A DNA stretch of 64,000 nucleotides, taken from assembly GCA_021613535.1 (NCBI GenBank), contig CP075495.1:6262001-6326000 (forward strand), in the 5' to 3' direction. The DNA comes from Adineta vaga (taxonomy: Eukaryota; Animalia; Rotifera). Below the pieces are notes generated by a model that was given only the letters and a program-made list of their open reading frames with translations, ran no database searches and had not been told where the DNA came from. A program made the translations under genes and the position numbers. Below, in pieces: positions 53,801-64,000 of this stretch (positions are counted from its first letter, which is position 1; every line of letters starts with the position of its first letter).

Positions 53801-55852
53801 TAGTTTGAAAATCATCAGAAAACATAATCAAAATAATACATACTACAAGTCTTTCAGCAATATGTTTTCGTCGAGTAAAATCTTTAACACAACGTTTACA
53901 TTTGCTTGGATCCTATAGATACAAAATAATACTTTTCAAGCAAATAACCAACTATGTAATCATACATCTTTTAAAGCCAAATCATTAAGTAATGGTGATT
54001 TCTTTGGACATAATCCAAACATATGACATAATTCATTGCCTTCCTATTAAAAGAGAATCAATTTGTTACTCATCAAATCTTAGTCATTGTCAACATACTA
54101 TTTCATTAGTAAGGATTTGTAAAAGACGTGTACCATCTTTTTCGATCAATGCTTCACACTAGTAAAGAAAAGAATAGATCTCAACAATCAGATTGTATTT
54201 CTATTTTAATTCGTACTGCGCTTTGAAGAGAACCAAGTTGACCACATAAATTCTTTGTGAGAAAAGAATGCATTTCGTCCTAGTAAAAAAGTTGAAAAAA
54301 ATAAACTTCAATAATTATTCTTCACTCTTTTCTTACTTTTTGAATGGGACTTGTTGTATCAACAATATCTTTATGACAAAGTTGAAGTTGAGTACAGAGA
54401 AGTATTGGTTGCTATAATAGTTAGCGATAGAAAAAAAAGGAAATTATCCATTGCATTCTTGTTACTTACTGTTCCACTTTGAAGATTACGAATAAATTCT
54501 CGTCCATTGTTATCGATCATTTCTTTGCATTTCTTCTTTGTTGTACCAGTTAAACGTGAACAGACTTGTTCATCAATATAAAGAAGAACTTTATCCTATA
54601 AACAAGAAAAAGACATAAAACATATTCATCCGATTGAATTCTTTCTTACTTCTGTATGTTCAGCATCGAGCATTTGTTTTGCCATTGCCAAAACAAATGT
54701 ACATAATTCACAACGTACTGGTGGTTTAGACTAAATAAAATATTTTACATTATTTTTCATTTTTAGATGTATAAAATTATCATACTTGGAAAGCAGAACT
54801 ATCAAGATAATCACATATTTGCGATAATTCCTACGTGAAATAATGGAAATTTTTGTTTTCAATTTTCATTTGAAAAAAAAAATACAAACCACATTACTAG
54901 CAACATGTGCATAAATTTCATTGCCATGTCGTTCAACTAAATTTTCACACTGCAAGAAAGAAGGAAAATATTTCGTTTGTCTACTTTTCTGAACTGATTT
55001 CTTCTTACTTTTTCTGAAAGTTGTGATGTAGGCAATTGATGACAATCATTTTTCAAAAATGTTTGAATATCCATTCGTGTTTTTCCTTGTTTAACATGTA
55101 ATTCGTTTGTAGCACGAACGATAACATTACATAACATTTGTGATTGTTCATCGACATTTGTTTTTACTGTATTTTCATTTTGTTCAGTCATTTTACTAGG
55201 ACAAATATCCATTAAATGGCATAATGTATTATAACGCTAAAAACGAAAGAAAATAGCAAGATAGATTTCATCAATTGATAAGAATTCAAAATTTACTTTA
55301 TTCTTCATTAATGAAAGAACTGTTGTTTGATGATTTTCAATTGTCGATTTGCACTAAATTGTAAATTTACTTCAATATAAATATGAAATGAAATTTCTAC
55401 AACAAACTTTAGTTGAAATATCTTCTAATGGCAATAATTGACATCCATTGATTAATGTTGATGTTATTAAATCCTACAGAAAAACAACATATTTCATTTC
55501 AATTTCTCTCTCATCAAAAATCTCAAGGACAAACTTCATGATGAACGATATTTTCAACAGCTTTATGAGTATTTTCAAGAATCTTTTGACACCATTCACA
55601 TTTGGTTGATGAATCAATATTTGTATATTTTTCATCATAACGCCATACAGTATCAGTACAATGATGTAGTGCACCACAATCTTGAGCGTTTTGAAATGAT
55701 TTACACCAATATTCTGGACCAACTGCACAATCTTGTTTGTGTGCAGCTGTTAAATAAATTGTTAAAGCTAAAAGAGAAGCGTAATTTCTTAAATTGAATT
55801 CATTAATGAACTACGTACCGATAAAATACGTGACAAAAACGGCTTTCGCCAT
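50827..55852 (-). CDS. Prosaposin-like protein B (paralog of A with fewer domains)
   Basis: Same MAKAVFVTY start, N-terminal SapA (CAVGPEYWC), colinear SapB exons, stop at 50827. Confidence 0.87.
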
Positions 55853-56336
55853 GATGCCACAAAGAATGTAAATAAAAGAAAATAAATCTAAAAATAAACG
55901 AAATCAGTCTTTAAAAATCTTTCACACTGACGAATATTATCTTCGATATAACAACAATCGATCGAATGTCTGACTTACTATTTCTGCACAGTGCACTAAC
56001 TATTTCTTTAACATTATTTACATCGTACCGTGCACATTTATATAGTAATATGAAGAAGAAAACAAGTCCGACGGTAGCAATGCGGACGAAAGATATATGT
56101 AAGATTAAAAGAATAGAAAGAAAATCAAAGAAAAAGAAAAAATAGAAATGAATATTATATAGAATCATACCAAAACACAGGAATCTATTGATTTTTATTC
56201 ATTTTAAAAATAAAAATATAAAAAGTCGGACAGATGTGTTCAAGCACAGAAAAACAATAAAAAACTGATTGAGTCTGACACATTCAAACGAAAAAATGAA
56301 GAAAAGAAAATATTGCACCGTAAATTAAACAGCACC

Positions 56337-59300
56337 TTATTTATCACAGAGGCCAAGCGCTTGACAAACAGCTTTTGGATCACCATATTGAACAAGAAGT
56401 TTGATTAAATCACCGCCATAGAGATGTACTAGAGTTTTACATTCAGCTTGTAATTTTGCTTCAGGTATAACTTTACAAGCTTTATTTAAAGCTTCTTCAA
56501 ATTTTGTTTCAGTTGTATTTGACTGAACAATAGCATCAAGATAATTCACAACATATTGGCATAAAGTGCATGGTACTGTTCGAAGTTTATTTTTTTTTAT
56601 TGCTGGAATTTGAATAAATTTTTTGCCAGATTTTGGACATAAATCTAAGAATTCACAGACAGTGTTTGGATCATCAAGTTCAGCAATAAGTTCAACGAGA
56701 ATAGGTGAATATGTACGAACAAATACATCACATTTATCATGATAAGATGCTGGTAAAATTGAACAAACAAATTCTAATGCTTTTTCAAATTCGTGTTCGG
56801 TAGTATTAGCTACGATCAAAAGATCAACGTATGAAATAATATATTTGCAAAGAGTACATTCATTTCCATCTTTGACTTTTTTAATTGATTCAACGATTTT
56901 GTCTAAGTAAAAGAAAAAAGTGATTTTCTACTTTTTGATTTTGTAAAATACAAAAACTAAGACTTACGAGGAATTGATTCAGATGCTTGTGTTCCATTAT
57001 GACACATTTTCAAAGCATTACAAACTAATTCTGGTGTGCCATATTTAGCAATTAATTGAACAAGAATTGGTCCATATACATCGACGAATGTGACACATCC
57101 TGTTTTGATTGCTGGTGGTAAGATTCCACAAACTTTTTCAAGAGCAGCTTCGATCGCCGCTTCAGATTTGTTGTTTTGAATGACAGCATCGACGTAACTA
57201 ACGACATATTTGCATAGTGAACATTGAGCTGAATTTATCGATGATTTTGTTATTTGAGTAGCTTTCGCTATATGAAAAATCCGAATAATTTCCAATGAAA
57301 AATCTATCAAATTACTTACAGAATGTCATTTCTTCTGTTCCATTGTGACACATTTTCAAAGCATTACATACAAGATCAGGTGTACCATATTTAGCAATTA
57401 ATTGAGCGAGAATTGGTCCATATGTATCGACGAATGTAACACATCCTGTTTTGATTGCTGGTGGTAAAATGCCACAGACTTTTTCAAGAGCAGCTTCGAT
57501 CGCAGCTTCAGATTTGTTGTTTTGAATGACAGCATCGACGTAACTAACGACATATTTGCATAGTGAACATTGAGCTGAATTTATCGATGATTTTGTTATT
57601 TGAGTAGCTTTAGCTATATGAAAAATCCGAATAATTTCCAATGAAAAATCTATCAAATTACTTACAGAATGTCATTTCTTCTGTTCCATTGTGACACATT
57701 TTCAAAGCATTACATACTAAGATCAGGTGTACCATATTTAGCAATTAATTGAGCGAGAATTGGTCCATATGTATCGACGAATGTAACACATCCTGTTTTG
57801 ATTGCTGGTGGTAAAATGCCACAGACTTTTTCAAGAGCAGCTTCGATCGCAGCTTCAGATTTGTTGTTTTGAATGACAGCATCGACGTAACTAACGACAT
57901 ATTTGCATAATGAACATTGAGCTGAAGTAACTTTTGATTTTACAGCTGACTTAAGTTTACGGCCAACATTCTCTATAAAGATGAAGTTATCATAACATTT
58001 TCAACTGACTTTTCTTTTACTTACTGATAGTTGGACGAACAGATTCAGTTCCATTATGACATAGTTGCAATGCATTACAAACTAATTCGGGTGTACCATA
58101 TTTTTGAATAAGTTGAACAAGAACTGGACCATATGTGACAACAAATTGATCACATTTACCTTTTAATGCAGCTGGTAAGATTGTACAGACTTTTTCGAGT
58201 GCTGCTTCAATGGCGGCTTCAGATTTATTATTTTGAATGATAGTATCAATATAACCAACAACATATTTGCATAATGAACATTCCAATGAGTTGACGGCTG
58301 GTTGTTTTTTCTTTAACATTTGCGTAAGACCGCTGAGCACTAGAAAAGAAAAAAACTATTAATATCGACGAAATAATCTATTCAATGTTCAATTTACATG
58401 GTGTCATTTCTTCTGTTCCATTATGACACATTTTCAAAGCATTACAAACAAGATCAGGTGTACCATATTTAGCAATTAATTGCGCGAGAAGTGGACCATA
58501 TGTATCGACGAATGTAACACATCCTGTTTTGATTGCTGGTGGTAAGATTCCACAGACTTTTTCAAGAGCAGCTTCGATCGCAGCTTCAGATTTGTTGTTT
58601 TGAATGACAGCATCGACGTAACTAACGACATATTTGCATAATGAACATTGAGCTGAATTTATCGATGATTTTGTTATTTGAGTAGCTTTAGCTATATGAA
58701 AAATCCGAATAATTTCCAATGAAAAATCTATCAAATTACTTACAGAATGTCATTTCTTCTGTTCCATTGTGACACATTTTCAAAGCATTACATACAAGAT
58801 CAGGTGTACCATATTTAGCAATTAATTGAGCGAGAAGTGGACCATATGTATCGACGAATGTAACACAACCTGCTTTAATTGCTGGTGGTAAAATGCCACA
58901 GACTTTTTCGAGTGCTGCTTCAATGGCGGCTTCAGATTTGTTGGTTTGAATAACAGCATCAACATAACTAACGACATATTTGCATAATGAACATTGAGCT
59001 GAATTTATCGATGATGGTTTGATGTTGAATACTTGCTTGATATCAACTAGAAATGAAAAACTCTATTATTTGGTAAGAGAAAGAAATGCTATTCTTACGA
59101 GGCATTGTTGTTTGTGTTCCATTGCTACATACTTTGATGAAATCACAAATTTGTTGAGCTGTTTCATTTTTCGAAAAAAGAAAAGCAATGATTGGTCCAT
59201 ATTTGTGAACAAACGCTGTACAATTGTCTTTGAGTGGTCCTGGGATTAAGTTACAGACTTTATCTAGAGCAGCTTCAACGGCTGCTGCAGATTTGTTATC

Positions 59301-60866
59301 TTTCGTAGCAGTTTCGATATAACCAATAACATATTTACAAATTATACATGGAATAGTACCCAATGATGATTTTTCTAATTTCATCATTGCAACATGTTCA
59401 ACTAAATAACAAACAGAATAAATAAAAATATAATGAAGAAAACCGACTTACTGGATGTAAGTGTTTGCGTTCCGTTGTGACACATTTTCAAAGCATTACA
59501 AACAAGATCAGGTGTACCATATTTAGCAATTAATTGAGCGAGAAGTGGACCATATGTATCGACGAATGAAATACACTCTGCTTTGATTGCTGATGGTAAA
59601 ATGCCACAGACTTTTTCGAGTGCCGCTTCAATGGCGGCTTCAGATTTATTGGTTTGAACAACAGCATCAACATAACTAACGACATATTTGCATAACGAAC
59701 ATTGAGCTGATTGGATTGATGATTCAATAGGTTGTTCAAGTGGTTGAATGATCTCATTTTCATCGTAACATAATGGTAATTGTGAACAAAAATTTGGTTT
59801 ATATAGACGAGCAAGAATTTCACATTGTTGTTTAAGATTATTTTCAGGTGAAAAATGTTTGCAAACATTTTCAATTGGACGATTAGCTGATAAATATGTT
59901 GAAATATAATCACAAAGGCCACACATTTGTGCATTTGGTTTAGTTAAAAAGGCGACATTTTGTGATTTTGCACAGATTTTGAGTAATTCACATACTTTAG
60001 CAGGATCAAATTCACGGACAAGAAGAGCAATCAAATCAACACCATATGCTTCGACGAATGATTTACATTCATCACGTAAGACCGATGGCATTTCATTACA
60101 GATTCCTTCGAGAATATGAGCAAGTTCCTGAGCTGATGTATTAGCACTGGCAAATGTTTGAAGAATATGAACAATGAATTCACAAAGAACACATGTTTGA
60201 TTTGATTTAAGATTATTAAATGTTGGTTTAGGAATAGCAACATTGGATGTATCGTGTCCTTGAATGATCGAGCAAATTTTATTAAGTTCCTATTAAAATA
60301 AAACCTGAATATAGAAATCGAGAATTTCATTCAGAAAAACTTACCGTGCCACTTGTAATATGACGAAGAATATCTGCAAGATAAATATCGACAGCCATTT
60401 GACACTATTATAATGGAATATTAATAAAAGAAAGAAATGAATATTATCTTACTTGTTGAATAAGATTGTTTTGATCTGGTAATTTAGTACAATCTTGACG
60501 AAGATATTCTTTGATTGAATCAATATTGATTGAGTTACCAGAAAGAAGTTCACTTGATGCATGAACAAGAACATTACATAACATATGAGCTGTTTCACTA
60601 GTTGTACTGGTTTTTTTACTGTTATCTTTTCCTTGCCATACTGTTTGTTGGCAATGTTCAACTGCATCACAGTCTTTTGCTGTCGATGCATCACGACACC
60701 AATATTCTGGACCTTTAACACAATCAAGTGAATAGGCCCAAGAACCAGTGGTGATTGATAAAAACACTAAACAAAATTAAAAAATTCTTGTTGTTTCCTC
60801 CGCATAGGCACACCTAAAAACAAGCTCCTCTATTCACTTACCACACAAGAGAGTTAAAAGTTTCAT
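56337..60866 (-). CDS. Prosaposin-like protein C (1 SapA + ~13 SapB) with tandemly amplified exons; one exon copy frameshifted
   Basis: MKLLTLLC signal peptide, CVKGPEYWC SapA, repeated SAQCSLCKYVVSYVDAVIQNNKSEAAIEAALEKVC exons. Confidence 0.87.
56957..59047 (-). repeat. Tandem ~345-360 bp intron+exon repeats, each encoding one saposin B domain
   Basis: Near-identical units at ~56957, 57312, 57657, 58378 and 58736, including identical intron sequence; a diverged unit at 58017. Confidence 0.92.
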
Positions 60867-61309
60867 GTTAGCAATTCGTTGTTGTTGTTGTATCTCTAAA
60901 AATGATGAAATGAAAATATATATCTGTATATATAACACACTGCTTACATACGAAAAATCTTTATTTATCAGATGATAAATAAAAGAGATAATAGATAACT
61001 GCGACATATTCACAATAAGAAAAAGAAATATGTAAGTTTTTTTTTTATTCGATTCGTTAATATTTCGAATAAAGCAGGTCAGGAATGACGATAAAACGAC
61101 TCTTCATATCAGTTAGATAGATTAAAATAAATACTGCAACTTATGGAAACGTTTCGTAAGAATGACACATAATATTTTCGATTTAAATCGACAGAAATAT
61201 CGAAAAACTTAAAACTTCGCAAATTATGAAAATCTTCGAGAAAGTGAAAAGATAAATATCCAAAAATAATTTTTTTCATTCTTACGAATACGACTATCTA
61301 CAACGATGA

Positions 61310-61332
61310 TGAGATGAGATGAGATGAGATGA
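61310..61332. repeat. (GAGAT)n microsatellite
   Basis: Direct reading. Confidence 0.8.
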
Positions 61333-61951
61333 TGGTTGGTTGATTGATAGATAAATGTATTCAAATGAATCATCTTTCTATGTAGTTAGTATTAATGTCG
61401 TATGAAATAAATGTCCTATAAAAATTAAATGACCTATATAAAAAAAATTTGCACTTTACACAAATATGCTCTAAAATTGACCTTAATTTATATGATAGAA
61501 TAGATGTCGCTTCATGACGTCTATGTATTTAGAGAAAGCGATCGATGTTATCTTTCATTGAAACAAACTCATATACCAAAAAAATGATATAATAGACGAC
61601 TTCATTTTTTGTTTGGTTATTTGGTCAAGTAAAAACAAGGTGTGCAAAGATCTCCATTGTTATCTTATCTACGCCATTTGAAGAACATGTTGAATAGAAA
61701 CTAATACACAGTCTAAAGTGCTTCGCGAAATACAAAAATTTTATTTTTCTTTGTCCTATTATCACACAATTCATCAACAAGAATTCTACCTGCACCGGTT
61801 TCATAATCTCGAACTCAAAGAATGATACTAGCAATGATGATTTTTTTTTCATAGACTTATTTCATCATTTAGTACGAACTATTTTATATTTGCTATAATT
61901 CTATTTATTATTTCAAAGATAAAACTTTAATACAACAAAAGAAAAAAACCT

Positions 61952-63443
61952 CTATATACAGAGACAAAAAAAATAACTCATTGATAATAATGATATTGTT
62001 GTAAGAAAAGATAATGTTAATGTTGAACTTTTACTAACGCCTAAAAACCGATTACGTCGTGTACACATAGTTCCATTACAACAACCAACCGTATTTGTTG
62101 GTGTACAAGCAAAACCAAATTGACTAATACATGTATTTGTACATTGCTCAGCAGTACCACATACTGATGTTGTATAATGGATACTTGAGCCGCATTGACA
62201 TCGACATGTTGGAATATAACCTGTACAATCACTTCCACAACAACCTTGAGTATTAACTACATTACATTGAGCAACAGATTGTAAACATGCTTGAACACAT
62301 TGTTGTGGTGAACCGCAAGATATTGCTAACGTTGTATATTGATGGTTACCACACATACAAGAACAAGAAGGAAATGAATTAAGACAATCCACACCAAGCA
62401 AGCTTGAGTATTATCTTGTGTACAAGCACCATATGAATTTAAACAAGTTTCTAAACATGTTCGACCACTTTGACAAGGAACTGATGTTGTTGTTGTAAAA
62501 TCTGCACCACATCTACATGAACATGTTGGAACAAAAGATGAGCATGATGCACCACAACAACCTTGTGTTTGACCAGCTGTACAATCACCATACGTCTATA
62601 GACAAATACAAATTTCAATCAGAGATGATTTTTAAATATACGTTTTATGAGATTTACTTACTGTCATACATGTACTAATACATCCTTCTGGACTAGTACA
62701 TTTTGGTGATGGATAGTAACTATTTCCTAGACATGTACAGGCACATGCATTTGAAATTGCTTGTGAATAAGATTGACAATCTTGTCCACAACAAGCTTGC
62801 GTAGTTGTTGCTGTACATGCTTGAGGAAAATTGCTTAAACATCGTGTTAAACATGATTGTGATGATACACATGTATCGATTGGATTTACAAATTGTTGAC
62901 CTGCACAATTGCATGTACAAACTCGAGTTTCTAATGATTGTGTTTGAAAATATTGACACGATGTTCCACAACAACCGTATGTATTCACAATTGTACATTG
63001 CCCCGGATACATTTGTAAACAGTATGCTACACATGTTTGTGCTGTGAGACATGTTGTTGGCGGTCCAAAAGACATGTCTCCACATGAACAAGTGCATGAA
63101 CTTGCTCGACCAGTATTGATATTATTTTGAAATAATTGAACATTAGGCATATTGCCACCCATATAATCAGGATTAAATGCATAATACGGATCAACAAGAT
63201 TACTACCAAGTGTCTGTCGTTGTTGAGCACGTTGTTTTGGATTGATATCACTGTTTTGTGATGATGCTTCTTTTCCCTCTGTAAAATAGAGAAGAGTTTT
63301 TTTTTGTTTTTACGTGCTTCGCAGTCATATTTTGTATTTACATATGATTTCAATAATCATGTGAAATACATAAATCTATATGTAATTTAATCATTACCTG
63401 TTAAACAAGTGACAACAAATACAATAGTGTAATGATAAGACAT
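61952..63443 (-). CDS. Secreted/GPI-type protein with six ~52-aa 10-cysteine repeats; apparent 1-bp frameshift near 62397
   Basis: Signal-like first exon, repeats CxCxC-x10/11-C-x5-C-x3-C-x6/7-C-x7-CC-x3/4-C, hydrophobic C-terminus; the start may instead be 63461. Confidence 0.7.
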
Positions 63444-63687
63444 AAGCTCATTGTTGATCATTGATCAGAGACATTATCGATTTCAAAATGTAAATACTGT
63501 CCTTGTATGAAACACGATCACGAATTGTATAGTTTATTATGCTCGGTCTTATTCTTATACTGGCTCTCTTTCGTTCTTTCACTCTCCTCTACGACTTGTG
63601 CAAGGTAGTCAAATAGAAAAATACAGTGAATCTAATCATAATTTTCATCATTTCAATCCAATGTCTCGTTACTTTTGTCACACATAT

Positions 63688-63712
63688 CGAGAGAGAGAGA
63701 GAGAGAGAGAGA
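63688..63712. repeat. (GA)n microsatellite
   Basis: Direct reading. Confidence 0.85.
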
Positions 63713-64000
63713 AGGCGACCAACCAACTGAATAAAACTTATTTCGCTTAGAGAGTTTTAGTAAAAATGTACAACACTAGAGTCAGGGAGAACGCAAGAGA
63801 GAAAAAGAAACGAGTGGACATTATAAGGTAAAAAATTAACATTGAACATACAGTTACTATTTCATATGTATTGATTATATATGTATAGATTTGAACAGTG
63901 AACATACAGACGTCGCATAGGACACGAGAATTATTTGTGGTGTGACACATAAAATGTCTAAGAACAGTCTACTATTCACTGGTGACCGCAAAGAAAAGAG

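Noticed and set aside
56957-59047. CRISPR-like or satellite array
   Set aside because: The units are coding exons plus introns of a eukaryotic gene, with no repeat-spacer structure.

Overview
AT-rich eukaryotic DNA with many short (~45-60 nt) GT-AG introns. Gene content and style point to a bdelloid rotifer (Adineta/Rotaria-like); this is inference. Left part (1-26 kb), gene-dense: FAM120-like 3' end, TIMMDC1-like, ING3, TALPID3-like, DGAT2/MOGAT, two tandem ARM-like/TIR/SAM-like genes ending in CaaX boxes, UBXN4, an IRG/p47-type GTPase with an in-frame stop, a Ly6/quiver-like gene missed by the ORF track, mitochondrial 2-Cys peroxiredoxin and GRB2. Middle (26.4-39.1 kb): four identical 5S rRNA genes. 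The first lies antisense inside the intron of a bacterial-type CorA gene whose GMN motif reads SMN. The 5S+CorA unit was duplicated, and the second copy is split by ~9.6 kb of pseudogenes, MITEs and a non-autonomous Helitron. Right part (39.5-64 kb): three tandem, very large prosaposin-like genes (one with recent exon-level amplification), an active-site-intact rhomboid and a secreted/GPI-type protein with six 10-Cys repeats. All family calls come from recognising motifs by eye; no searches were run.
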